DNA of 64,000 nucleotides from Candidatus Dormiibacterota bacterium (GCA_963718525.1 OY970355.1:1824001-1888000); one strand, 5' to 3'; shown: positions 34,924 through 44,777, numbered from the stretch's first letter. A program made the numbers and translations. Notes: a model not told the origin generated them from the sequence alone.

Positions 34924-34964
34924 CCACTAGTGACATAGTACTATCGTGCCAGGTGCCCTGTCAA
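34924..34964 (-). promoter_or_regulatory. Sigma-70 promoter with an overlapping YtrA-type inverted repeat
   Basis: On the minus strand: TTGACA (34964-34959), 18-nt spacer, TACTAT (34940-34935). The dyad TACTA-tgtcac-TAGTG overlaps the -10. Confidence 0.7.
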
Positions 34965-35001
34965 TTGCCGAGGAGCTCCTGGTTCCCGTCCGGGCTCGCC
35001 G

Positions 35002-35505
35002 CTAGGTGTCGCGGTCGGTGGCCCCGTCGATCCGTTCGCGGAGCAGGTCCGCGTGGCCGTTGTGGCGCGAGTACTCCTCGATCATGTGGTTGAGGATCCA
35101 GCGCATCGAGACTTCCCGGCCGGTCTTTTGGCGACCGGTCGCGTCGAGGGCGCGGCGGGAGATGATCTCGTCGGCCTGTTCGCGCTCCTCGCGCCAGGCA
35201 GCGAATGCTTCGTCAGGATCGGCGGTGTCGACGTTTTCGAAGTCGCCGTCGCGGTCGTCGGCGGACGAGTACCGATCGGCGACATCCTCTCCGGCGAGCG
35301 TCCGCCGGAACCATCCGCGCTCGACGTCGGCCATGTGGCGCACGAGCCCGAGCAGCGACATGGTTGACGGCTCGACCGAACGTCTCCGCAGTTGGTCAGG
35401 CTCGAGATTGGCGCATTTCCGAGCCAGGGTGGCGCGCTGCCATGCAAGGAACGCGAGCAGGGTCGAGCGCTCGTCGCCGGTTCGGGGAATTTCCTCGTAG
35501 TCCAT
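35002..35505 (-). CDS. DinB/DUF664 family protein
   Basis: SLLGLVRHMADVE and HMIEEYSRHNGHADLLRE. Confidence 0.9.
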   Translation of the reverse strand: MDYEEIPRTGDERSTLLAFLAWQRATLARKCANLEPDQLRRRSVEPSTMSLLGLVRHMADVERGWFRRTLAGEDVADRYSSADDRDGDFENVDTADPDEAFAAWREEREQADEIISRRALDATGRQKTGREVSMRWILNHMIEEYSRHNGHADLLRERIDGATDRDT

Positions 35506-35563
35506 TCGGCTGAAAGTATGGCCGGTGTCAGAGCGGGGGACACAGGCGGGCACGCGCCGCTGC

Positions 35564-35575
35564 GAACGTCTGTTC
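35564..35575. promoter_or_regulatory. Putative LexA (SOS) box GAAC-GTCT-GTTC
   Basis: Matches the Firmicutes/Actinobacteria GAAC-N4-GTTC consensus. It is followed at once by TATACT and a leaderless ATG at 35588. Confidence 0.7.
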
Positions 35576-35587
35576 TATACTACTGGG

Positions 35588-36802
35588 ATGTGTGATGGCG
35601 AGGACAAGCTGGGACAGCTCGAGCGGCTCCTGCAGGCGGTCGAGGCGTTCGTGGCCTCGCCGGGGGGTGAGATCAGCGGGTTCGACCTCGGCGAGCGTCT
35701 GATCCGCTTTCGCCACGGCATTGACCTCCTCGAGCTCCGCTTCGCCCACGAGGCTGCGACCTTTGCCTCCAGCGATGAGTACGAGGTCCAGGGCTCGAAC
35801 TCCCCGATCGATTGGGTCCGCCACCAGTGCCGGATGTCCAGCACCGCTGCGGCTCGTTCGATCGCCACCGGGGAGGCGGCACCCCAGCTTGCGGCCAGTG
35901 TGGTGGCGCTCCAGGAGGGCCGGATCGGGTTCGCCCATCTCTCCCTGCTCGCGGGGTTGGAGCGGGCCGCGGCGCGCACCGGGCAGAGCTTTGCCGAGGG
36001 TCCCCTCCTCGAGCTTGCCCTCGAGCACTCGGTCGGCCGCTTCGTCAAGGACTGTGAGCACGCCCGCCATGCCGCCGATGCCGCCGCGGTGCTCGCCGAG
36101 CACGTCGATGCGGTCGACGCCCGCTCTCTCGAGCTCACCACCTGCGAGGACGGCCGGCTGGCCGTGCACGGCGTCCTCGACCCGGTCGGCGGGGCCACGC
36201 TGCGGGTGGCCCTGGCACCGCTGTGTGGCCGCTCGGGGGTGGGCGACGAGCGACCCCGGGCTCGCCGCCTCGCCGACGGTCTCGTCGAGCTCGCCATGCA
36301 TGCCCTCGACCACGGCTTCACCACCGAGGGTGGGACGACTCGGACCCATCTCCAGCTCACCGCCTCGGTGGAGACGGTGATGGGGCTGTCCGGTGCGCCC
36401 GGTGGCGAGCTCGAGTTCGCCGGGGTGGTCCCGGCGGCCACGGTGCAGCGGCTCGCCTGTGACGCGAGCATCCGCCGGGTGCTGCTCGGTCCCGACTCTG
36501 CGGTGATCGACGTGGGCCGGGCGCTGCGGGTGCCCTCGGGTGCGGGACGTGCCGCGCTCCGGGTCCGCGACCAGGGCTGCGTCTGGCCGGGCTGTGAGCG
36601 TCCCTCGTCCTGGACCAACGCTCACCACGTCCTCCACTGGGGACACGGCGGGGAGACCAACCTTGAGAATCTGGTCCTGCTCTGCCACCGCCATCACTGG
36701 AAGGCGCATGAGGGTGGCTGGCAGGTGGTCAGGTCAGAGGAGGGGCGAATCCTGACGATCCCGCCGTCGCATAGGTACCAATCGTGGACTCGCGCCGGCT
36801 GA
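35588..36802 (+). CDS. DUF222-domain HNH endonuclease (13E12-repeat-like)
   Basis: RLACDA, DVGR, RDQGCVWPGC and AHHVLHW..GG.TNLENLVLLCHRHH...H. Confidence 0.92.
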   Translation: MCDGEDKLGQLERLLQAVEAFVASPGGEISGFDLGERLIRFRHGIDLLELRFAHEAATFASSDEYEVQGSNSPIDWVRHQCRMSSTAAARSIATGEAAPQLAASVVALQEGRIGFAHLSLLAGLERAAARTGQSFAEGPLLELALEHSVGRFVKDCEHARHAADAAAVLAEHVDAVDARSLELTTCEDGRLAVHGVLDPVGGATLRVALAPLCGRSGVGDERPRARRLADGLVELAMHALDHGFTTEGGTTRTHLQLTASVETVMGLSGAPGGELEFAGVVPAATVQRLACDASIRRVLLGPDSAVIDVGRALRVPSGAGRAALRVRDQGCVWPGCERPSSWTNAHHVLHWGHGGETNLENLVLLCHRHHWKAHEGGWQVVRSEEGRILTIPPSHRYQSWTRAG

Positions 36803-37249
36803 AGTCGGAGTCATGGAGGACTTTGGCGGTTGCGCAGTCGTCTTCGCTTGTCTCGGTGGTTGGATGGGTCTTGACGCGGCGGCCAACGCGGAAGGCGCGA
36901 TAACGGGTTGTGCCTCGACGAATTCGAGGTAGATCTGGTCGATCTGCTGATCGGTGAGGTCGGCCGAGGGCCGCTCGACCTTCACAGCCTCAAGAACCCT
37001 CAGGAGAATGCTCAAGTACTGGTAGAGCGGCCAGCACCTGCGGTCGCGGATATGGTTGGCGAGCCGAGCAAATTCCGGCTCCTTGGTGCGCGATCGCGAT
37101 CGCCGTCCCCTACCGGGGTTCGTCCGGCGTCGGCACCCGCCGCGAGATCGAAACTCGCTTGTGACGAGATCGAGCGACGGTAACGCCGTATATACCCCAT
37201 CCTTGACACCCAGAGCGGTTTCAATTCACCAGACCGGAAGGGAGCCACG

Positions 37250-37780
37250 ATGACCCCGATTCGATTTCTCATTGGCACGGCACTCGTCGGCATGGTTGCC
37301 GGATGCGGTGCGGCCATCGTCAATGCCCCGGCAGGGGCCACGGCTGCACCGACCGCAGCGGCGACGGCGGCTTCGACCGTTCCGACGGCGGTTCCGACCG
37401 CTGTCCCCACCGCCGCACCGACTCCCGTGCCGACGGCGGTTCCGCCAACGCCTAAGCCGACCCCGGTCGTGACGACCGCTATGGCCAATGCGGCTGCGGC
37501 TGCCGCGCAGTATCTCGCCGAGGGCACCGGATTCTCGAAAGCCGGTTTAATCGCGCAGCTGGATTCCTCGTACGGTGATGGGTACACAGTTGCAGAGGCG
37601 ACCTACGGGGTCGATAGCCTGAACGCGAATTGGGATGCTCAAGCGGCTTTGGCGGCCAAGGCGTACCTCGCCACCGGGACGTTCTCGCGGGCCGCCATGA
37701 TCGCGCAGCTTGATTCCGCGTACGGGGATCAATTCACCTACGCGCAGGCTGTGTACGGCGCGACGGCTGCGGGGCTCTAA
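37250..37780 (+). CDS. Ltp-family surface lipoprotein
   Basis: Lipobox VAGC, a Pro/Thr/Ala linker and two 'A..YL....FS....IAQLDS.YGD' repeats. Confidence 0.8.
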   Translation: MTPIRFLIGTALVGMVAGCGAAIVNAPAGATAAPTAAATAASTVPTAVPTAVPTAAPTPVPTAVPPTPKPTPVVTTAMANAAAAAAQYLAEGTGFSKAGLIAQLDSSYGDGYTVAEATYGVDSLNANWDAQAALAAKAYLATGTFSRAAMIAQLDSAYGDQFTYAQAVYGATAAGL

Positions 37781-37919
37781 ACCAACTCGACGTTCGCCAC
37801 TACACGCAAAAGTAGTAGCCCGACAGAGCCTCTGAGACACGTCGAAGCGTCGAGTGCACTCTCGATCGTGTGACGCGCTACCCAGCCCCCTCATGGGCTG
37901 CCAGCAGCCCCCGCAGCGA

Positions 37920-37961
37920 TGCCCCGCCCAGATCGAAGGCGCGTGCCCCGCCCAGATCGAA
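37920..37961 (+). repeat. 18-bp direct repeat tgccccgcccagatcgaa, two copies
   Basis: Copies at 37920-37937 and 37944-37961. Confidence 0.8.
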
Positions 37962-38089
37962 AGAGCTGCTGACGCGTTCGACGCGAGAGTAGCGAATCCA
38001 CAACGACTGGCCCTCCCCGGAGCAGCACGTTGCCGCCGGCGCCTTCCCGCTCGCTACGACCCGACTTCTCAGGGCGCAACTGACTGGGC

Positions 38090-38111
38090 AACCTCGTCAA
38101 TCGTTAATACA
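38090..38111 (+). repeat. Junction motif Y, copy 1 (AACCTCGTCAATCGTTAATACA)
   Basis: 22/22 identical to 47934-47955. Confidence 0.85.
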
Positions 38112-38318
38112 ACCCCCTCCGGATTCGCGTGGCGGGGCGAGGCCGAATCTACAGCTGAAGGGGTCGTGGCCAGTCTCTGACACGGGCCCCCCGCTGGCTT
38201 GGGGGCGCACCGCCGCAGGCGGCCGATCCGTCCCACGTCGGAGCCTGCATCCGAACCGGGGATCGTGGGCTGGATCTCGGCGGGCGGCGCGGCTGAGCTG
38301 TGACAGAATTGCGCCGCG

Positions 38319-38780
38319 ATGCCCACCGTACGCGTCAGTGTCAACGGTGCGACGCACGAGCTCGAGGTCGAGCCGCGCGACCTCCTCGTGCACGTCCTGC
38401 GCGAGCGGCTTTCCCTCCACGCGACGAAGGTCGGCTGCGACACCTCGTCGTGCGGTGCGTGCACCGTCCTGCTTGATAGCGAGTCCGTCAAGTCGTGCAC
38501 GGTGTTCGCGGTGCAGGCGGACGGCACCGCCATCACGACGCTCGAGGGACTCGCCCACGGTGGCGACATGCATCCGGTGCAGCGAGCCTTCCATGAGAAC
38601 CACGGCCTGCAGTGCGGCTTTTGCACCCCGGGCATGGTCATGGCGGCGGTCTCGCTGCTGCGCGAGAACCCGCATCCGACCGCGAGCGATGTGCGCCAGG
38701 CGCTCGAGGGCAACATTTGCCGTTGCACGGGATACCACAACATCGTGCAGTCCGTCCTCGCCGCCGCCGCGACGGGCTGA
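38319..38780 (+). CDS. CoxS/CutS-family [2Fe-2S] subunit
   Basis: GCDTSSCGACTV, QCGFCTPG and CRCTGY. Confidence 0.93.
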   Translation: MPTVRVSVNGATHELEVEPRDLLVHVLRERLSLHATKVGCDTSSCGACTVLLDSESVKSCTVFAVQADGTAITTLEGLAHGGDMHPVQRAFHENHGLQCGFCTPGMVMAAVSLLRENPHPTASDVRQALEGNICRCTGYHNIVQSVLAAAATG

Positions 38781-38787
38781 CCCCGCC

Positions 38788-39648
38788 TCAGCCGGTTGCC
38801 CGGTCGAAGGCCTCCTGGACGGTACGACGCGTCAGCACGCGGGCAAGGTGACGTCGAAATTCCGCATCGGCGGAGAGATCGCTTACGGGCGATGTCCCCT
38901 CTGCCGCCAGCTCGGCGGCGCGGGGGATTGAGCCGGCGGCGGCGCCGGCCAGCGCCGCCTCGACCCCCGCGGCGCGCAGTGGGGTCGGGCCCATGTTCGC
39001 GAGCCCCACGACCGCACGGCTGATCTCCCCGTCCCGACGCTCGATGATCGCCGCCACTGCGACCGTCGCCCAGTCCTGCGCACGGCGGCGGAACTTCGTG
39101 TACGCCCAGCCGTGCCGGCGCGGCGGCACGGGGATGCGCACCTCCGCGATCAGCTCGCCCGGCCGCAACGACGTTTCCAGGAACGAAACGACGAGTTCGT
39201 CGACGCCGAGCTCTCGCCGGCCGTCGCGACCGTGGACGACGATCGTGGCATCGAGCGTGCGCAGCGCCGTGGGCACGTCGCCGGCAGGATCGGCGTGCGC
39301 CACCGCGCCTCCGATCGTGCCGCGATGGCGAACCTGCGGATCGCCGATGAGGCTGGCGACATACGCGAGGAGCGGGACATCTTCGCGCAGAACGGCGGAT
39401 GTCGCCACGTCATGATGTCGCGTCAAGGCGCCGATGGCCACGGTCTCTCCCTCCCGGCGCGTGTACGCGAGCTCGCCGCGCAGCGGGCCGATGTCGACGA
39501 GCGTCGACGGCCGCGCCATGCGCAGGCGCATCAGCGGGATGAGAGACATGCCGCCTGCGAGTGCTTTGGCCTCGTCGTCATGGGCGAGCAGCGCCGCCGC
39601 CTCATCGAGGCTGGAAACGCGACGGTACTCGAACGGTGCCGGAATCAC
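38788..39648 (-). CDS. CoxM/CutM-family FAD subunit
   Basis: IPAPFEY, LAGGMSLIP and RGTIGG. The GTGA start overlaps the large-subunit stop. Confidence 0.92.
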   Translation of the reverse strand: MIPAPFEYRRVSSLDEAAALLAHDDEAKALAGGMSLIPLMRLRMARPSTLVDIGPLRGELAYTRREGETVAIGALTRHHDVATSAVLREDVPLLAYVASLIGDPQVRHRGTIGGAVAHADPAGDVPTALRTLDATIVVHGRDGRRELGVDELVVSFLETSLRPGELIAEVRIPVPPRRHGWAYTKFRRRAQDWATVAVAAIIERRDGEISRAVVGLANMGPTPLRAAGVEAALAGAAAGSIPRAAELAAEGTSPVSDLSADAEFRRHLARVLTRRTVQEAFDRATG

Positions 39649-41963
39649 GCGGTCGCCTGAGCATGCGCCGCTGCCAGCGCGGCCACCACGCGCTGCGGCG
39701 AGCAGGGCATGTCGATGTGGCGCACGCCGGCGTGTGACAGGGCGTCGACGACCGCGTTCTGCACCGCCGGCGTCGCCCCGATCGCCCCGGACTCGCCGAT
39801 CCCCTTGGCTCCGAGCGGGTTGATCGGCGTCAGGGTCTCCATGCTGTGCAGCTCGAATGCGGGAAGCTCGGCGGCGGAGATGATCTCGTAGTCGGCGAAT
39901 GTCGAAGTCAGGAGGTTCCCGTCGGGATCGTACGTGATGGACTCGAGGAGCGCCTGGGCGCTGCCCTGCGCGATACCGCCGTGCAGCTGCCCCTCGGCGG
40001 CCACGGGGTTGACGATGCGCCCGGCGTCGTCGACCGCCACGAAACGCCGCAGGACGGTGCCACCGGTCTCGGTGTCGACCTCGACGACCGCCAAGTGCGC
40101 GCCGAACGGAAACGTGCCTCCCCGAACGGCGAATACGTGGTCGATCGCGAGCGCGCCACGCGCAGCGGCGGCCAGGTCCTTCCAGGTTTTGGCATCGAAC
40201 GGGGCACCGGCCACGTGGAATCGGCCGCTCTGCCGATCGAAGAGGACGTCGGCGACGTCGGCCTCGAGCGCCTCGCCGGCGAGGTGACGGGCGCGTTCGA
40301 CGAGCAGGTCGGCGGTCTCGACGACGGCATTGCCAATGGTCTGTACGGAGCGCGATCCGGCGGTGAGGTTGCCGGACCCGATGACGTTTGTGTCGCCGCA
40401 GATGACCTCGACGTCTTCGACCAGCACGCCCAGGCGGTCGCTCGCGATCATCGCCCACGTCGTCGCATGCCCCTGCCCCTGCGGTGAGGAACCGAGGCGC
40501 ACCAGGACGTGACCGTCGGGCCGCATCTCCATCGCGGCCGGCTCGGCGCCCGGAGCGAGCGACGTCACCTCGACGTAGACCGCCAAGCCCAGGCCAAGCT
40601 GCACCGGTCCTCCCTCGATGCGGCGGTGCTCCTGCTCGGCCCGCAGCGAGGCGTAGCCCAACTCCTCGAGCAGCCGGTCGAGCGCGGTCGCATATGCGCC
40701 CGAGTCGTACACCGCCGGCGCCAGCAGCATGCGCGCCATTGGGTCGACGTCGTCGTCGGGTCCGAACGTGCGGCCTGTGCGGGTCGCGAACGGGAACGCG
40801 TCGTCGGGGATCACGTTGCGCCGGCGCACGTCGGCGGGGTCCATGCCGATGCGCGCGGCGAAGAGGTCGACGGCGCGCTCGATGGCGGCGGCTGCCTCGG
40901 GTCGACCTGCACCGCGGAAGGCGATGACGGGGGCCGTCGTCGTCACGACGCTCCGGCCGTGTATCGCGATGTTCTCGATGTCGTAAACGCCCTGCGCCAT
41001 CATGCGGGTCAGATAAGCGAGAAAGGGGGCGACCGCCGGGTAGGCACCCGAGTCCTGGATGATGTCGAGCCGATACGCCTCGATGCGCCCGTCGCGGCTG
41101 CCGCCGATAGTGATGCGCTGCACCTGGGCGCGGCCGTGACCGCCGGCGAGCAGGTTCTCGCTGCGCGTCTCCGTCCAGCGCACGTCCCGGCCGATGTGCC
41201 GTCCTACCCAGGCAACGAGCAGCTCCTCGGGCATGAGATCCGTCTTCGTCCCGAAGCCGCCGCCGACGTCAGGGGCGATGACCCGCACCGCATCCAGCTC
41301 CACGCCGAGAGCGCCTGCCAGCTCGCCGCGGACGGGGTGGACGCCCTGCGTCGAGACCTGGAACGTCAGGTGGCCATCGCTCCATGAGGCCGCCGCGCCT
41401 CGCGTCTCGAGAGGCGACGCCGATACGCGCTGGTTGACGATGCGCTGCTCGACAACGACCTCGCACCGCGCCAGGGCGTCGGCAACGTCGCCGACGGTGA
41501 ACTCGTCGACGAGGTTGGTGCCCGCCTCCGGGAACAGCAGCGTCGCGTCGTCGAGGGCTGCCTCCGGGTCGACGACGGCGGGGAGCGGGACGTAGTCGAC
41601 CTGCACCAGCTCGGCGGCGTCGACCGCCTGCGTACGCGTCTCGGCGACGACGATGGCGACGGCCTCGCCGGAGAAGCGCACCGTGTCGCGAGCCAGCCAT
41701 GGCCGGGCCATCGCGGGGTGGCCGCCGAGCCCGGGAGGCGCCGGCGGGATGTCGACGTCAGCGGCGGTGAGCACGGCGAGGACTCCGCTCGCCGCCGCCG
41801 CCTGAGACGTTTCGATCCCCCGGATGCGTGCGTGAGCGCGGGGGGAGCGGACATAGACGATGTGGGCGGCGTCAGGCAGCTCGATGTCGTCCAGATACGT
41901 CCCGCCGCGAGTCAGCAGGCGGGGATCCTCGGTGCGCAGGACTCGCGTGCCCAGGATGCTCAT
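39645..41963 (-). CDS. Xanthine dehydrogenase/CoxL-family molybdopterin subunit (form II-like)
   Basis: GGGFG, AFRGAGRPEA, QGQGH and GAKGIGE. It lacks the form I AYxCSFR motif. Confidence 0.92.
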   Translation of the reverse strand: MSILGTRVLRTEDPRLLTRGGTYLDDIELPDAAHIVYVRSPRAHARIRGIETSQAAAASGVLAVLTAADVDIPPAPPGLGGHPAMARPWLARDTVRFSGEAVAIVVAETRTQAVDAAELVQVDYVPLPAVVDPEAALDDATLLFPEAGTNLVDEFTVGDVADALARCEVVVEQRIVNQRVSASPLETRGAAASWSDGHLTFQVSTQGVHPVRGELAGALGVELDAVRVIAPDVGGGFGTKTDLMPEELLVAWVGRHIGRDVRWTETRSENLLAGGHGRAQVQRITIGGSRDGRIEAYRLDIIQDSGAYPAVAPFLAYLTRMMAQGVYDIENIAIHGRSVVTTTAPVIAFRGAGRPEAAAAIERAVDLFAARIGMDPADVRRRNVIPDDAFPFATRTGRTFGPDDDVDPMARMLLAPAVYDSGAYATALDRLLEELGYASLRAEQEHRRIEGGPVQLGLGLAVYVEVTSLAPGAEPAAMEMRPDGHVLVRLGSSPQGQGHATTWAMIASDRLGVLVEDVEVICGDTNVIGSGNLTAGSRSVQTIGNAVVETADLLVERARHLAGEALEADVADVLFDRQSGRFHVAGAPFDAKTWKDLAAAARGALAIDHVFAVRGGTFPFGAHLAVVEVDTETGGTVLRRFVAVDDAGRIVNPVAAEGQLHGGIAQGSAQALLESITYDPDGNLLTSTFADYEIISAAELPAFELHSMETLTPINPLGAKGIGESGAIGATPAVQNAVVDALSHAGVRHIDMPCSPQRVVAALAAAHAQATA

Positions 41964-42275
41964 CGTGCGCAGCGGACCTTAGCGCAGCGCGCCTGCGGCA
42001 CGCAGCTAACCGAGGTCGGCACAGCTCCGGCGCCAGCTGGGGGTTGAAACCTTCTCAGCATGCCTTTGTGGACTCGCTGCGTGTTGGCAGGTGGTCATCC
42101 GCATCATGCCGGCGCAACCAACCTTGCCAACCTCGTTCATCGCTGATACAACCCCCGGAGAGGCGGGCGAACGAGTTGGGTCGAGTGCCATCGCGGACAT
42201 CACGCAAGGGTCCGGGGAGGATGCAGGATTTCGCGGTGGTGTGCTGGCCGTTTCTGTCGAGAAATGGATGCAGTC

Positions 42276-42518
42276 CTAGTAGACGTGAGTCGTCCGGACC
42301 ATCCTCACCAAGTCCGCGATCCGTGAATCCACGGCAACCCGCGTTGCACGACCTGCCAAGTCGCTCAGTTCACGATCAATGTGATCGAGGATCGCGCTCA
42401 CCTCCTCATCATCGAGCGGAAAGCCGACCACCGCGGCAGCGGCATCGACGTCCTCACTTCCAATGGTGACGGGGATCCGCACCTCGCGGGTCATCGCAGT
42501 GCTAACCATGGCGAGCAT
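42276..42518 (-). CDS. Small hypothetical protein
   Basis: Amphipathic, protein-like composition. The start is uncertain. Confidence 0.45.
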   Translation of the reverse strand: MLAMVSTAMTREVRIPVTIGSEDVDAAAAVVGFPLDDEEVSAILDHIDRELSDLAGRATRVAVDSRIADLVRMVRTTHVY

Positions 42519-42746
42519 CGTCATCCTCCAGTGCGGGCTGAGAGGTGTGACGGGCTGTTTACGCCCGTTTTCTCTGGAATCCATCGTTTCCGAACGTGCG
42601 CCGATGCACAAGAGCAGAACGTCCCGTTTGGAAGAACGGGAGGAGAGCCGATTGTCACACCGGCCACTGTCCTAACGATGAGGAGGGCTCGTCGTCTGGC
42701 GATCTGATGTCGCTGGTACCCGCGCGGCGGGGCCGACGTGGTTTGG

Positions 42747-42865
42747 TGAGCTCTGGGTTTTGTGGAGTTGAGTCATTGGACTGTCATGCTGCAGTCCACC
42801 AGGAGGACGGCATGGGGCAGACGGGGCTATCCGGCGGAGAGTTTCGGTAGCGTGTCCTTGCCTGG
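42747..42865 (+). mobile_element. IS3-family left-end remnant
   Basis: TGAGCTCTGGGTTTTGTGGAG resembles an IS3 IRL. It is followed by AGGAGG, ATG 42812 and a degenerate M-G-R-R-G-Y-P-A-E-F-R OrfA-like start with indels and a stop. Confidence 0.5.
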
Positions 42866-42881
42866 TAGCAGCTAGGTGGCC

Positions 42882-42903
42882 AACCTCGTCCATCGTTAGT
42901 ACG
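42882..42903 (+). repeat. Junction motif Y, copy 2 (AACCTCGTCCATCGTTAGTACG)
   Basis: 19/22 to the other copies, likewise followed by xCCCC. Confidence 0.7.
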
Positions 42904-42946
42904 ACCCCTCGAAGACCGCCGGGTGCGATTAGCGGCGACTCCTCGC

Positions 42947-43942
42947 CTATAAGTGAGCCGTGAGCCAGGCAACGATCGCCGTGACGGTGTCGGGGTCCAG
43001 TGAGGTGTCGGCCGCGTTGTACATTTGCATCGCCTGCTCCTGCACGAGCTGCTCACGCGGTCGCGGCTCATATTTCAGCACGTGATTGGCGTTCTCGGGG
43101 AAGAGGAAGCTGACGTCGATCAGCCCCGCTGCGGCGCGCTGCAGGGGCTTCACGTCGGCGTGCCAATCGACCTGTAGATCTTTTTTCCCGATGACGATGA
43201 GCACGGGCACGCGCACCTCCCTGAGCGGTGCTGCCGCGTCCGCGGTCCAGAGCTCACGGGCAAATGGAAGGTTGGCGGGGGTCTCCAGGGCCGATATCAG
43301 ATAGCGCACGCCCTCCGGCAGGGCCGGATCTGGGGTGGCGGGCTCACCCGCAAGAAATCTAGCGACCGCGGCGTCGTACAGGCGGAGCAGCTGCTCGCCA
43401 TTCGGGACGCCCTTGGCTTGGGCTGCAAGCTGGGACCGGGTGACGGCACCCACGGTGCGGCCGGGCGGCCCTGTCAGCACCAGGCCGGCCAAGGGGATGC
43501 CGGGGTCATGAACCTGGTAGTTGAGAGCGTGGAGGGTCCCTTCGCTATTGCCGAGGGCGAAGATCCGATCCCGCCGGACGTCCTGTTGCTCGGCAAGGGT
43601 GCGCACCGCCCCCGCGAGCTCATCGACGTGGCTCTGCATGGTGATCGCGCCGATCAGGAGGGGGATCGTCTCGCGGACATGGGGGCCGGAAGCGCGTTTG
43701 TCGTAGCGCAGTGAGGCGAAACCAGCTCGCCCGAGCGCCTCGGCGAGCAGGCGACCGCTGCCATTGGTCCCGGGAAGGAGTCGGGAGTTCCAGTCGCGGT
43801 CCGTCGGGCCACTGCCGGCAACGAACACGACCCCCGGGAAGGGACCGGCTCCCTCCGGCTTTATCGCGGAGCCATGGACAGTGGTGGGGCCAAGCGGCCA
43901 GCTGACCTCCATGCTCTGCGAAGACGAGGTGCTATCAGTCAT
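42947..43942 (-). CDS. Alpha/beta hydrolase
   Basis: GSGPTDRD, RYDKR, nucleophile elbow GNSEG, G..D.QV and NH, with a GGAGG RBS. Confidence 0.9.
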   Translation of the reverse strand: MTDSTSSSQSMEVSWPLGPTTVHGSAIKPEGAGPFPGVVFVAGSGPTDRDWNSRLLPGTNGSGRLLAEALGRAGFASLRYDKRASGPHVRETIPLLIGAITMQSHVDELAGAVRTLAEQQDVRRDRIFALGNSEGTLHALNYQVHDPGIPLAGLVLTGPPGRTVGAVTRSQLAAQAKGVPNGEQLLRLYDAAVARFLAGEPATPDPALPEGVRYLISALETPANLPFARELWTADAAAPLREVRVPVLIVIGKKDLQVDWHADVKPLQRAAAGLIDVSFLFPENANHVLKYEPRPREQLVQEQAMQMYNAADTSLDPDTVTAIVAWLTAHL

Positions 43943-44027
43943 CGTGCAGTCCTCCAGATGCTGGCGTTCGCCGCGGTCGGTCCTCGTAGGTCGCCGATGC
44001 ATTCGAGCCGGGTGTGGCGCTGCTGGT

Positions 44028-44777
44028 TCACCGATCCAACGTCCGGGCACCGGTGAGGTGCGTAGCGAACATCAAGAGCCCCAGCGTTGCTCCCACGGTG
44101 ATGCCGACGCCCTGCCACGGAACGCCCCCTTTGCCTGCGAGCAGGTCCTGAATCCCGGAGGACAGCGAAGTCGGCAGCCACAACGCCAGTGCGCTGATTG
44201 AGTCCAGGAGCGCCAGCGCAAGCAGGGTGGCGATGCTCCAGCCAACGACTGCCAGGACGCTCCTGACGATCGCCGCCCAAGCGGTTACCACCGAGACCGT
44301 GAACGCGACCCAGAGCATCTCAAGTCCGCATCCGGCCGCGAGCGCGGCCGGCGACACGTAGCCTATGAGAAGCCGGGTCTCATACCAGGCGGCAGCAGTT
44401 CCCAGAACCAGCGCGAGCATGGCTGTGAGTGCCGTCGCCGTCGAGCGGGGAAGGAGGAGCATCACCGGACGGCGGATCCGTGTCCGATAGAAGATGGCAA
44501 GCGAGGGGTGGGCGTCGACGGCGATGCAAGCTGCCGCCACGATGACGACGACGAGGGTGCCCAGTTGGGCAGCCTCCTGGGAGAACGATTTCATCGCCCC
44601 AAAAGCGGTGGTGGGCGGAAGGACGATCTTCACCCCATTCGTGCCGCTTTTCACCAACTCGGGGAGGTAGTAAGTGAGCACCGGCTCGCCGAAGCCGAGG
44701 ACGAGGAAGGCCCCGAGCAGAGCCACCACGCGTCGGGTGCGCCAGAGACGGAGCACCTCGAGGCGCCAGAGGTTCAC
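44028..44777 (-). CDS. ABC-2 type permease
   Basis: About six TM helices. The GTGA start overlaps the ATPase stop. Confidence 0.82.
   Translation of the reverse strand: MNLWRLEVLRLWRTRRVVALLGAFLVLGFGEPVLTYYLPELVKSGTNGVKIVLPPTTAFGAMKSFSQEAAQLGTLVVVIVAAACIAVDAHPSLAIFYRTRIRRPVMLLLPRSTATALTAMLALVLGTAAAWYETRLLIGYVSPAALAAGCGLEMLWVAFTVSVVTAWAAIVRSVLAVVGWSIATLLALALLDSISALALWLPTSLSSGIQDLLAGKGGVPWQGVGITVGATLGLLMFATHLTGARTLDR

Noticed and set aside
36734-37080. Minus-strand 93-aa ORF
   Set aside because: It is partly protein-like but overlaps the HNH 3' end, and has no RBS or recognisable family. At most it is a remnant.
39645-41963. True aerobic CO dehydrogenase (form I)
   Set aside because: The motif is AFRGAGR rather than AYxCSFR, and no coxDEFG accessory genes are nearby.
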